Numbered from the stretch's first letter, positions 1 through 8,929 are shown. The stretch is 37,633 nt of DNA from an uncultured Phycisphaerales bacterium (GCA_938084645.1 CALKEP010000075.1:1-37633); one strand, 5' to 3'. A program made the numbers and translations. Notes: a model not told the origin generated them from the letters alone.

Positions 1-70
1 CAACGCGGCGGGGGGATGTGCGCTGGATAGTTCAACTACGTGCACATCAGTGGGCGGGGTTTGGTGTTGA
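1..70 (+). CDS. NHLP-leader RiPP precursor, 3' end only (copy 1; ...NAAGG / core CALDSSTTCTSVGGVWC)
   Basis: Not in the ORF track. Frame from base 2 reads AAC GCG GCG GGG GGA (NAAGG, same leader end as the next two copies), then a 17-aa core with 3 Cys and 6 Ser/Thr; TGA at 68-70. The 5' part lies outside the window. Confidence 0.9.
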   Translation, partial: NAAGGCALDSSTTCTSVGGVWC

Positions 71-100
71 CTGGATGAATCCAGCCGACTCCTTGACACC
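63..100 (+). other. Conserved stem-loop after precursor copy 1
   Basis: GGTGTTGACTGGAT-GA-ATCCAGCCGACTCC imperfect inverted repeat; repeated with pairing-compatible changes at 416-453. Confidence 0.5.
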
Positions 101-124
101 GCCGTCTTAAAGAGGGAAAGACCA

Positions 125-409
125 ATGACCGAACAGAAGAACCAGCTCGCGTCGCTGTTTGCGGCGTGTTGGAAGGACGAGGCCCTGAAGGCTCGCTTCA
201 TGAGCGATCCCAAGGCCGTCCTGGCCGAATACGACATGCCGGTCCCTGATGGGATGGATGTGAAGGTGGTGGAGAACGCCGACAACTGCGTGCACATCAC
301 GATGCCTGCACCGCCCAGCGGTCACACGGAACTCTCAGATGAAGAGTTGAGCAACGCGGCGGGGGGTTTGTTACTGCCCGAAGCCCCAGACAGTCTGTTC
401 TGCGGTTGA
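125..409 (+). CDS. NHLP-leader RiPP (lanthipeptide) precursor, copy 2; core LLLPEAPDSLFCG
   Basis: 81-aa nitrile hydratase-like leader (WKDEALKARFMSDPKAVL...ELSDEELSNAAGG) with a double-Gly cleavage site; purine-rich RBS AGAGGGAAAG upstream. Confidence 0.93.
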   Translation: MTEQKNQLASLFAACWKDEALKARFMSDPKAVLAEYDMPVPDGMDVKVVENADNCVHITMPAPPSGHTELSDEELSNAAGGLLLPEAPDSLFCG

Positions 410-415
410 CCTGTT

Positions 416-453
416 GGTGTTGACTGGATGATTCCAGCCAACTCCTTGGCACC
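416..453 (+). other. Conserved stem-loop after precursor copy 2
   Basis: GGTGTTGACTGGA-TGAT-TCCAGCCAACTCC, 11 of 13 stem positions pair; no U-tract. Confidence 0.5.
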
Positions 454-477
454 GCCGTCTCAAGGAAGGAAAGACCG

Positions 478-783
478 ATGACCGAACAGAAGAACCAGCT
501 CGCGTCGCTGTTTGCGGCGTGTTGGAAGAACGAAGCCCTGAAGTCTCGCTTCATGAGCGATCCCAAGGCCGTCCTGGCCGAATACGGGATGGAAGTTCCT
601 GACGGGATGGATGTCAAAGTGGTGGAGAACGCCGACAACTGCGTGCACATCACGATGCCTGCACCGCCCAGTGGCTCAGGAGAACTCTCAGATGAAGAGT
701 TGAGTAACGCGGCGGGGGGTGCCTTGAATAGAGAACACGCGATGCACCCGATGCCAAAATGCGGTCGAATCAGTTTTGAATAA
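478..783 (+). CDS. NHLP-leader RiPP (lanthipeptide) precursor, copy 3; core ALNREHAMHPMPKCGRISFE
   Basis: Leader 75/81 aa identical to copy 2, ends ELSDEELSNAAGG; RBS AAGGAAGG upstream. Confidence 0.93.
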   Translation: MTEQKNQLASLFAACWKNEALKSRFMSDPKAVLAEYGMEVPDGMDVKVVENADNCVHITMPAPPSGSGELSDEELSNAAGGALNREHAMHPMPKCGRISFE

Positions 784-797
784 GAGATCAGAGACCA

Positions 798-929
798 ATG
801 ACCGAACAGAAGAACCAGCTCGCGTCGCTGTTTGCCGCGTGCTGGAAGGACGAGGCTCTGAAGGCTCGTTTTCGCCTCACCTCACGCGCCGGTGATCGTG
901 GATTCTTCAGATACACTGACGCTCCATGA
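798..929 (+). pseudogene. Truncated NHLP precursor copy 4 (first 25 leader residues plus an unrelated 18-aa tail)
   Basis: Reads MTEQKNQLASLFAACWKDEALKARF then RLTSRAGDRGFFRYTDAP-stop. No double-Gly site or core. TGA 927-929 overlaps the ATG 926-928 of the next gene. Confidence 0.8.
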
Positions 930-2239
930 GTCAGAAGAACATCAGTCAGATCGCACGGCAGGAGGCCGTCTCCCAGCTGACCTCCACCGAGCAGCTTGAT
1001 CAGCGGCTGGTCGTCGTACGAAGCAGCGCCTGGGTGTTGCTGCTGGTCGCCTCGCTTCTGATCGCGCTGTGCATCGCCTGGGGTGTCCTCGGTCGGTTGC
1101 CCCATGTCGTCGAGGGAGAAGGCGTGATCGCCCCGCGCGGCACCCGTCCGATCGAAGTCAACAGCGCCTCCGCGGTGGGCGGCGTCGTCGAGTTGATCGC
1201 CGCGACGAACCAGGAGGTGAAGGTCGGAGATCCGCTGGTGAGACTGGGGAACCGGGATCTCGAGGTCGCGGTCGAGAACGCCGCCGCCCGGCTCGCGATG
1301 CTGGAAGCGCAGGACAAGCGGTTGACGGCGGCGGAGTCGGGGATTCAGAAGCAACGCAAGGCATCCCTCGACGCGCAACTGGAGGCTGCGAAGCAGACGG
1401 CCGAGCAGACCGAGAAGCTGGTCAAGATGGTCGAGGAGGAACTGGTCGAATTGAAGAAGCTCGTGGAGGCGCAGCTCGTCCCGCGATCGCAGCTCGTCTC
1501 GACCCAGCAGAACTATTTCAGCGTGATGCAACAGCTGACGCAGCAGTCGACGATCACCGCTCAGGCGCAGGCGGAGTACGGTTCGCTGGTGACGAGCGGC
1601 GAACAGGCCCGGATCACGCGGGCGGGCGAAATCGCGGATGCGCGAAATGCGCTGGCCATGGCCCGCACTCGGAAGGAACTCTCGACCACGCTGGTCGCCC
1701 CGATCGACGGGCGGGTGCTCGAACACGCCGTGGATCTGGGATCGACCGTGGCGATCGGCACCGCGGTCACGTCGATCCAGCCGTCGGGTGACGAATCGCA
1801 GGAGATCGAGGCGACGGTGTTCGTTCCTTACGGCACCGGACGCCGGATCCGGACCGGGATGAAGGCACAGATCTCGCTGCCCTTCGCCTCGCCGTCACGG
1901 TATGGATACGTGCTCGCAGAAGTCGTCTCGGTGTCGACCTATGTCGCTGGAAACGCCGCTCGCACGGAGCTTGGAAGCGAAACGCTGGCGACGAACCTGG
2001 CACGGAGGCTCGGGCCGATGCTCGAAGTCATCCTGCGAATCGAACGTGACGAGTCGACGCCCACGGGGGTCCGCTGGACCAGTGCGAAGGGCTACGGGGA
2101 GCCGCTCGCCTTTCCCGCCCTGTGCGGCGCGAGGATCATCGTCTCCGAGGATCGTCCGATCGATCTCGTCCTGCCGTGGATCAAGGACCTTCTCGGTCTC
2201 GATCCGCCCGTGAAGATCGAAGGGGCATCGGCCGGATGA
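926..2239 (+). CDS. NHLM/NHLP bacteriocin-system secretion protein (HlyD-family membrane fusion protein)
   Basis: N-terminal RQEAVSQLTSTEQLDQ motif, one TM helix, lipoyl-like halves (VKVGDPL, LVAPIDGRV) around a coiled coil, RYGY motif, C-terminal RPIDLVLP. Confidence 0.9.
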   Translation: MSQKNISQIARQEAVSQLTSTEQLDQRLVVVRSSAWVLLLVASLLIALCIAWGVLGRLPHVVEGEGVIAPRGTRPIEVNSASAVGGVVELIAATNQEVKVGDPLVRLGNRDLEVAVENAAARLAMLEAQDKRLTAAESGIQKQRKASLDAQLEAAKQTAEQTEKLVKMVEEELVELKKLVEAQLVPRSQLVSTQQNYFSVMQQLTQQSTITAQAQAEYGSLVTSGEQARITRAGEIADARNALAMARTRKELSTTLVAPIDGRVLEHAVDLGSTVAIGTAVTSIQPSGDESQEIEATVFVPYGTGRRIRTGMKAQISLPFASPSRYGYVLAEVVSVSTYVAGNAARTELGSETLATNLARRLGPMLEVILRIERDESTPTGVRWTSAKGYGEPLAFPALCGARIIVSEDRPIDLVLPWIKDLLGLDPPVKIEGASAG

Positions 2240-4419
2240 CCCGCGGAAGGACGAAGACCGCTGCAGGCGTGGCCCGGGTACCGACGGTCCTTCAGATGGA
2301 GGCGGTCGAGTGTGGCGCCGCCAGCCTTGCGATGGTCCTCGCGTACTACGGTCGGTGGATCCCGCTCGAGGAGCTTCGCGTTCAATGCGGGGTGACCCGG
2401 GATGGTTCGAACGCCGGGCAGCTGGCGAAGGTCGCGCGTCATCACGGCCTGACGGCGAAGGGGAAGCGCCTGGAGATCGAGGGGATCCGGGACGAGGCTT
2501 CACGCCCCCTGATCCTCTTCTGGGGTTTCGGCCACTTCGTCGTCTTCGAAGGGATGAAGGGGAATCAGTTCCAGCTGAACGACCCCGCGGGCGGGCGGCG
2601 GCTCGTCGACGAGGAAGAGTTCTCGAAGTCGTTCACCGGGATTGCGCTCCAATTCGACGTGGGGCCCGATTTCGAACCGACCGGCGCACCTCCCAGTCTG
2701 ATGCGCGGCGTTCAGGCGTGGTTGCAGGGCAATCGAACGGCCGCGTTCTTCGCGATGCTCTGTGGCCTCCTGCTCGCGGTGCCCGGGGTGATCCTGCCCG
2801 GGCTCACCGGTGCGTTCATCGACCGTGTGGTGCAGGGCCAGGCGACGTCGTCGTCGTTCTGGATCGTCTCCGGCATTCTGGCGATGCTGTTGATCCAGGG
2901 TGGGCTGCAACTCCTGCAGGGCTTCGCGTTGAATCGACTGGTGCTCCGAATGTTCCTGATGCAGGCGACCCGCCTCGCCAACCACCTGCTCGACCTGCCC
3001 ATGCGGTTCTATCTGCAGCGGTCGCCGGGAGATCTGGTCCAACGCCTGACCTCCAATCAGGTGATCGCCGCGAATCTGGGCAACCAGATCCTCCTGCAGA
3101 TCGTGGGAATCGGCACCGCCGTCGCCTACGCGATCGTGTTGATTCTCATGAATCCACTGATCGGCGGGCTGGCCACCGGGGGCGCCCTGCTCCTCCTCGT
3201 CTGCGTCCGGTTCACCAATCGCCGGCTGGTCGATCGGTCCACCAAGGTCCAACGGGAGGTCGGTCGACAGTACGGCGTGCTCATGTCCATGCTGCGGTCC
3301 ATTCGCGAACTCAAGGCGACCAGCCGGGAGGCGGAGGCGTTCGGTCAGTGGGCGGGGTATCAGGCCAAGGGAGTCAACGCACAGCAGTCGGTGTCGCGAC
3401 TCAACGCCTGGCTCGACGCCGCCCCCGTCCTCCTGCAGGGGGTGATCGTCTACGGCCTGGTGCTCACCCTCGGGGGCTGGGAGGTCATGGAAGGACGACT
3501 GTCGATCGGCGGACTCGTCGCGATGCAGTTGATCGCGGGGCTCCTGCTCGCGCCGATCAGCCAGATCGTCATGCTCGCACGAACCCTGCAGGAGACGCAG
3601 GCGCAGATGAACCGTGTGATGGACGTGCTGGACTACACGCACGAAACCAGCGACCAATCGACGAAGGCGACGTCCACCGAGACATCCATGATCGATCGCC
3701 TCGGTGGATCGATCGAGCTCAAGGACGTCTCCTTCGGTTTCGACACGTTGAAGCCTCCCCTGTTCGACGGACTTTCATTCGAGATCGCGCCGGGGAGAAT
3801 CGTCGCGTTGATCGGCGCTTCGGGCTGTGGCAAGTCGACGATCACGGATCTGATGCTGGGCCTGGAGGAGACGTGGAAGGGAACGGTCGAATTCGACGGA
3901 TGTGCGCGGGCTGCGCTGGATCCCGATCGGATCCTGACGTCGATCGCCGGTGCGTCGGGAAACGTGGCGGTCTTCGCCGGAACGTTGCGGGACAACATCA
4001 CGATGTGGGATCCCACCATGCCCGACGAACGCATCGTCACCGCCCTCGAGGACGCGGACTGCGCTGAACTGCTCGGCCGTCCGGGCGGGCTCGATGCGGT
4101 CGTCGAGGAAGGTGGGCGGAACCTGAGCGGTGGGCAGCGTCAGCGTCTGGAGATCGCCCGATGCCTCGCGAAGAATCCAAGCATCCTGGTGCTCGACGGA
4201 TCGACTTCGGCGCTCGACGGTCGGACCGAGCAGCGACTCCTCGATCGGATCCGCCTTCGAGGATGCACCGTCGTCCTGGTCACCAGCCGCCGATCCACCC
4301 TCCAGCTCGTCGACGAGATCGCCATCGTCGATCAGGGACGGATCTTCGATCACGGTGACTTCGGTTCGCTCGTCGAACGAAACGAGTGGTTCGCCACGGA
4401 GTTCGGAGGCGAGGCATGA
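2236..4419 (+). CDS. NHLP-system ABC transporter, C39 peptidase/permease/ATP-binding subunit (LanT-like)
   Basis: QMEAVECGAASL (catalytic Cys), WGFGHFVV (His), LNDPA (Asp), TM domain, Walker A GASGCGKST, LSGGQ. Start placed at ATG 2236 (ATGA overlap). Walker B and H-loop are degenerate. Confidence 0.92.
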   Translation: MTRGRTKTAAGVARVPTVLQMEAVECGAASLAMVLAYYGRWIPLEELRVQCGVTRDGSNAGQLAKVARHHGLTAKGKRLEIEGIRDEASRPLILFWGFGHFVVFEGMKGNQFQLNDPAGGRRLVDEEEFSKSFTGIALQFDVGPDFEPTGAPPSLMRGVQAWLQGNRTAAFFAMLCGLLLAVPGVILPGLTGAFIDRVVQGQATSSSFWIVSGILAMLLIQGGLQLLQGFALNRLVLRMFLMQATRLANHLLDLPMRFYLQRSPGDLVQRLTSNQVIAANLGNQILLQIVGIGTAVAYAIVLILMNPLIGGLATGGALLLLVCVRFTNRRLVDRSTKVQREVGRQYGVLMSMLRSIRELKATSREAEAFGQWAGYQAKGVNAQQSVSRLNAWLDAAPVLLQGVIVYGLVLTLGGWEVMEGRLSIGGLVAMQLIAGLLLAPISQIVMLARTLQETQAQMNRVMDVLDYTHETSDQSTKATSTETSMIDRLGGSIELKDVSFGFDTLKPPLFDGLSFEIAPGRIVALIGASGCGKSTITDLMLGLEETWKGTVEFDGCARAALDPDRILTSIAGASGNVAVFAGTLRDNITMWDPTMPDERIVTALEDADCAELLGRPGGLDAVVEEGGRNLSGGQRQRLEIARCLAKNPSILVLDGSTSALDGRTEQRLLDRIRLRGCTVVLVTSRRSTLQLVDEIAIVDQGRIFDHGDFGSLVERNEWFATEFGGEA

Positions 4420-7091
4420 GCATGCCGTCCGCGACCCCGATCTGGGACGACGTTCGAAGCGGTTCCGGACCGGTTCCCGCATCGCCGCTTCCGGTCCTCC
4501 GGGACGGCGTGCTGCTCTTCGGCGTCACGGTCGGAACGGTGTCGGTGCTGGTCCGCGCGGTCGGTGAGGACGGCCGCCTCCGGGCCTCCGAAACCGTGGT
4601 ATCCGTGGGGGAGGGGCAGTTGCTCGCGGTTCCGCCCGACTCGCCGGGATTCCTTCTCGAACTGCGTGCCTCCCACGATGCCCGGGTGGAGGCTCTGGAT
4701 TCCCTTCGATCGGAGGCGGTGCCGCAGGGTCGACTCCAGAACGCGGTCCGACCGTACTTCGCCGGCGGCTCGAAACTCGATGACTGGTGTGCGTCGCTCG
4801 AACCGGACGTGGACTGGTCCACGTTCACGACCCTCCTCGGCGATCTTCTGACCAGCCACGCCGTCGAGGCGGTCGAGTCGGCGACCCAGCGACTTCGGGA
4901 ACGCATTCAGAGGCTGAGGTCGCTCGACGACGAGTCGTTGAGCGAGGCGGTTCGGATCATGACGTCGGCCGAGTCGACGGCCGGTCCGGTGGCGGCCGGC
5001 GATGCGCTAACCTCCAACGACCAACGTGCGATCCTGAAGGTGCTCGAAGCGACGGGTGCGGTCCGGCACGATTCCGACGCCGTCGCGGATCTGGGGGACG
5101 TCCCCGGCCTCGGCACCGTCGATCACGTGGCGCGTCGCCTGCACCTGAAGTATCGAGAGGTCCGACTCGACGGTGAGTGGTGGCGGGAGGGGGCGGGCCC
5201 GCTCTTCACGCGACGTGTGGAGGACGGGGTCCCGGTGGCGTTGCTGCCGAAGGGGGGCGGCTACGTCGCCTTCGAACACGGGGACGACGGCGTCCGATGC
5301 GTCGATCCGATACGACGGTCCACCGCCGGTACCTACGAAGACACCGCGACGATGTTCTATCGCCCGCTTCCTCGCCGAGCCGGCCGGGTCCGGGATCTCC
5401 TCGGGCTGCTGGTGGCGGGGAACCTTCGTGATGTCCTGATGATCCTCGGAACCACCATCGCGATCTCCATGCTGATCGCACTGGTGCCGATCCTCACCGG
5501 GATGATCGTGGGCACGGTCATCCCGACCTTCGAGCGGGTCCAGCTGCTCTTCATCGGCGCCATGCTGGTCTCGATCGCGCTGTCGCAGGCCCTGGTCCAC
5601 GTGGTCGCAGGCATCGCATTTCTCCGCATCGAGACTCGAAGCAGCTATCAGGTGATCGCCTCGATCGTCGATCGGGTGTTGCAGCTTCCGTCTTCGTTCT
5701 TCCGAAACACCTCCGCCGGCGATCTGACGCAACGCGTGATGGCGATCGAGACCGTCCGGTCCGCGCTGACCCAGTCCACGCTCTCCGTCGTGGTCTCCTT
5801 CACCGCGAGTCTGTCGAACATCGGGGTGCTCTTCTACTACGACGCCGAGATGGCCCTGACCGCGTTCGGCGTCATCGTGGTCGAACTCGCGATCGTGATC
5901 TGGATCTCGATTCGAATGGCGAAACTCGACTTCGGACTCTCCGTCGCCCAGGGTGAATTGGACGGCCTGGGAATCGACATGCTGGTCGGAATCCGGCAGA
6001 TCCGGATCCAGGGTTCCCGGGATCGGATTCTCGCGCGGTTGCTCGCCCGACTCGGTCGGGTGGGTGGATTCAGTTTCCGATCCGGCGTGATGGGGGTCTG
6101 GCTCGGCCTCGTGGTCGGGGCGGCGTCGACCCTGGCGATGGCGCTGGTGTTCGTCGAGTTCACGGCGAACGTCCGCGGAGGAAGCGGCACCGTCCTCACC
6201 GACGGTGGTTTCGTCGCCTTCATCACGGCGATGTCCGCGTTTCTCGCCGCGGTCATCGGGGTCGCACCCGCGATTCGTGGGGTGGCCGGCATGGTGCCGC
6301 AGATCCACCGGATCCGACCGATCCTCGAAGCGGAGACCGAGGTGGGCGAGACGGCGGGGGATTCGATCACCTTGAAGGGTGGTGTCGCCGCGCGCGGGAT
6401 CCGGTTCCGCTACGACCCCGATCAGCCACCCATCCTCGACGGGGTGGACATCGAGGCCGGCCCCGGGGAGTTCATCGCGATCGTGGGCCGCACCGGGTGT
6501 GGCAAGTCGACGCTGCTGAGCGTCCTGCTCGGTCTCGAGAAGCCCGAAGCCGGCCAGGTGTTCTACGACGATCTTCCGATGGAGAGTCTTGATGCGGCGA
6601 TGGTCCGATCCCAGGTAGGGGTGGTCATGCAGTCGAACGAGGTCCTGTCCGGAAACGTCCAGTCGACAATCCTCGGGGTCGGTTCGCAACGAACGCTCGA
6701 CGACGCGTGGGCGGCGGCGCGATTGGTGGGAATGGCCGACGAAATCGATGCGATGCCGATGGGCATGCTCACGATGATCACGCCGACCTCGCTTTCGCAG
6801 AGCCAGCTGCAGCGACTCCTGATCGCGAGATCCATCGTGAGTCGTCCGGAGCTGCTCCTGCTCGACGAAGCGACGAGTTCCCTCGACAACGCCTCGCAGG
6901 AGCGGATCACCCGTTCGATCGACGGGCTCGGGGCCACCCGGATCGTGATCGCGCATCGCCTCAGCACGATTCGCCGGGCCGACCGGATCTACGTGCTCGA
7001 GAAGGGGCGGGTCGTCCAGTCTGGAACCTACGCGGAACTCGAAGGCCGAGATGGCCCGTTTCACGATCTCATGGCGGGGCAGGCCTCATGA
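4416..7091 (+). CDS. NHLP-system ABC transporter, second permease/ATP-binding subunit
   Basis: VRLDGEWWREGAGPL motif typical of this subunit, TM domain, Walker A GRTGCGKST, Walker B LLLLDEATSSLD, IAHRLST. Start at ATG 4416 (ATGA overlap). Confidence 0.9.
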   Translation: MSMPSATPIWDDVRSGSGPVPASPLPVLRDGVLLFGVTVGTVSVLVRAVGEDGRLRASETVVSVGEGQLLAVPPDSPGFLLELRASHDARVEALDSLRSEAVPQGRLQNAVRPYFAGGSKLDDWCASLEPDVDWSTFTTLLGDLLTSHAVEAVESATQRLRERIQRLRSLDDESLSEAVRIMTSAESTAGPVAAGDALTSNDQRAILKVLEATGAVRHDSDAVADLGDVPGLGTVDHVARRLHLKYREVRLDGEWWREGAGPLFTRRVEDGVPVALLPKGGGYVAFEHGDDGVRCVDPIRRSTAGTYEDTATMFYRPLPRRAGRVRDLLGLLVAGNLRDVLMILGTTIAISMLIALVPILTGMIVGTVIPTFERVQLLFIGAMLVSIALSQALVHVVAGIAFLRIETRSSYQVIASIVDRVLQLPSSFFRNTSAGDLTQRVMAIETVRSALTQSTLSVVVSFTASLSNIGVLFYYDAEMALTAFGVIVVELAIVIWISIRMAKLDFGLSVAQGELDGLGIDMLVGIRQIRIQGSRDRILARLLARLGRVGGFSFRSGVMGVWLGLVVGAASTLAMALVFVEFTANVRGGSGTVLTDGGFVAFITAMSAFLAAVIGVAPAIRGVAGMVPQIHRIRPILEAETEVGETAGDSITLKGGVAARGIRFRYDPDQPPILDGVDIEAGPGEFIAIVGRTGCGKSTLLSVLLGLEKPEAGQVFYDDLPMESLDAAMVRSQVGVVMQSNEVLSGNVQSTILGVGSQRTLDDAWAAARLVGMADEIDAMPMGMLTMITPTSLSQSQLQRLLIARSIVSRPELLLLDEATSSLDNASQERITRSIDGLGATRIVIAHRLSTIRRADRIYVLEKGRVVQSGTYAELEGRDGPFHDLMAGQAS

Positions 7092-8929
7092 TGCGACGAA
7101 AGACCTTGATCATCCTGGTCTCCTTCTGGGCCGTCGGTTGCAAGTCGCAGCTCGACCGGGACTGGAAGCACATCGACGAACTCGACGGGCGACTGGGTAC
7201 CGTCGAACCGTTTGACGGGATTGCCGCGGTCTCGGGCTCGAGAACGCTTTCGGACTCGACCGCCACCGAGCAGGACGGTGTGGCGAAGGTCGAGCATCTC
7301 CTCGACCTGATGTCGACGGGCAACCCGCGGGGAATCGGAATCTCGGACGTCCGACGATCCACGATCGAGAACAATCTCGCGATCCAGTCGTCGCTGGTGT
7401 CCCCCGAAGTGTCAGCGCAGCAGCTTCGTGCAGAACGAGCGAAGTTCGAGTCGACCTTCGAGGCGAGCGTCACCCAGAGGCGTACCGTCAATCCGACCTT
7501 CTACGGCAACGCCGGAGAGCCCCCCGACACGGAGACGAATTCCTTCACGGCGACGCCGGGCCTTGCGGTACCGCTGCGAAGCGGAGGGGCCGTCACCCTG
7601 GACTGGACGGTGTCCACCGACGCGTTTCGCACGACGGGGACACCGACGTCGGAAGCAGCGCAGAGTTCGCCGGGGATCTCGCTCCAGCAACCGCTGCTCC
7701 AAGGTGCCGGGTTCGAGTACAACGAGGCGTCCATCGTCCTTGCTGCGACGCAGCTCGGGGAGGCGAGCGCCCAGACGCAGGTCGCGGTGATCAATCAGGT
7801 GGTGCAGGCCGAGATCGCCTACTGGCAGCTCCATCTCGCTTGGGAGGTCCTTCGCATCGACCTCGATCTCTACCGGACGTCGCGCGAGCTGCTCGAGAAC
7901 CAGCGTCGTCTCGTCGAGGCGCGGGCCGGATCCATTGCGAACGTGTACAACTTCGAGGTTGCGATGGCCGCCTCCGTCGAAGCGGTGATCGGGTCGGAGA
8001 CCAATCTCCGGCAGGCGGTCCGCGGGCTCAAGGTGATCATGCAGGATCCGACGGTATCGCTCGATGGGAGCGTGGCCCTCGAGCCCACCTCCAGGCCGCG
8101 TCTCGTCGGGTACACCTTCGACCAGCAGGTACTCGTTCGATCCGCGATGCGAAATCGAGGGGAGATCCTCCAGCTCGAATACGAACAGCTCGGTCAGACG
8201 GTCCAGGTCATGATGCGCGAGAATGAGATGCTGCCGCAACTGAATCTCAACGCCGCCTGGAACGCGAACGGCATCGGCAACGGCTCGAGCATTCGAAGCG
8301 CGAACCAGGCGCTCTTCGGACGGGATTACCCCGACGGCTGGTCCATCGGGGTGACTGCGAGCGTCCCGCTCGGCAATGAGGCCGCGATCGCGAACTATCA
8401 GGCCGCGGTGCTGCAGCGACTCCAGTCCATCGCGAATCGTCGGCAACAGGAGATCCTCGTCACGCAGGAGGTGCTCGACGCGATCGATGCGCTCGAGGGT
8501 GGTTGGAATTCGATCATCGCCTCGGATTTCCAGGTCCGTGCCGCCGGGCGTTTCTACGACGCCTATCAGACCCTCTTCGAGCGTGGCGAGATTCCCAGCA
8601 GCAGTCTCACCCAGGCCCTCGATTCCCTCAACACCGCACGGATCCAGAAGGTGACCGCCGAGGTGGACTACCAGATCGATCTGGCGAATCTCGCCCAGGC
8701 CACCGGATGTCTGCTGGGCCACGCCGCGGTCGACTGGAGCGATGATCTGGATCGCGAACGACTCGCCGATCCGGATCGCGCGTCGCCGGCGGACGGGGTG
8801 CGGACCGGTACTGGTAACGCCCTCGACAACGGTGGTCCCACGCTTCAGGAGATGCTCGATCGCTCGAAGTCCGAAGCCGGACGTCCGCAGCCCGCGAAGA
8901 AGCCGGGGCCGCGGGAGAGCGATGGATGA
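7088..8929 (+). CDS. TolC-family outer-membrane efflux protein, lipoprotein type
   Basis: Signal MMRRKTLIILVSFWAVG-C (lipobox-like); OEP repeats (ENNLAIQ, LQQPLLQGAG, EIAYWQL, LPQLNL, ASVPLGN). Start at ATG 7088 (ATGA overlap). Confidence 0.85.
   Translation: MMRRKTLIILVSFWAVGCKSQLDRDWKHIDELDGRLGTVEPFDGIAAVSGSRTLSDSTATEQDGVAKVEHLLDLMSTGNPRGIGISDVRRSTIENNLAIQSSLVSPEVSAQQLRAERAKFESTFEASVTQRRTVNPTFYGNAGEPPDTETNSFTATPGLAVPLRSGGAVTLDWTVSTDAFRTTGTPTSEAAQSSPGISLQQPLLQGAGFEYNEASIVLAATQLGEASAQTQVAVINQVVQAEIAYWQLHLAWEVLRIDLDLYRTSRELLENQRRLVEARAGSIANVYNFEVAMAASVEAVIGSETNLRQAVRGLKVIMQDPTVSLDGSVALEPTSRPRLVGYTFDQQVLVRSAMRNRGEILQLEYEQLGQTVQVMMRENEMLPQLNLNAAWNANGIGNGSSIRSANQALFGRDYPDGWSIGVTASVPLGNEAAIANYQAAVLQRLQSIANRRQQEILVTQEVLDAIDALEGGWNSIIASDFQVRAAGRFYDAYQTLFERGEIPSSSLTQALDSLNTARIQKVTAEVDYQIDLANLAQATGCLLGHAAVDWSDDLDRERLADPDRASPADGVRTGTGNALDNGGPTLQEMLDRSKSEAGRPQPAKKPGPRESDG

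Larger units (their letters stand above)
1..872 (+). repeat. Tandem direct repeat of precursor units (about 320-353 bp period)
   Basis: ATGACCGAACAGAAGAACCAGCTCGCGTCGCTGTTTGC starts at 125, 478 and 798; spacer TTGGTGTTGACTGGATGA... occurs at 61 and 414. Confidence 0.92.

Noticed and set aside
61..477. Spacer hairpins as integron attC sites
   Set aside because: No properly placed RYYYAAC...GTTRRRY ends, the stems are short, and there is no integrase.
1..872. Repeat/variable alternation as a CRISPR array
   Set aside because: The repeats are about 300-bp protein-coding leaders, not 23-50 bp repeats; no cas genes.
1..872. Diversity-generating retroelement acting on the cores (variable region plus downstream hairpin)
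   Set aside because: No reverse transcriptase or template repeat in the window. The cores differ in length and share no non-adenine scaffold. Cannot be fully excluded without upstream sequence.
2236..4419. C39-ABC transporter as a pseudogene because of the lost Walker B Glu and H-loop
   Set aside because: The frame is intact, the protease triad and LSGGQ are conserved, and the defects complement those of the partner subunit.
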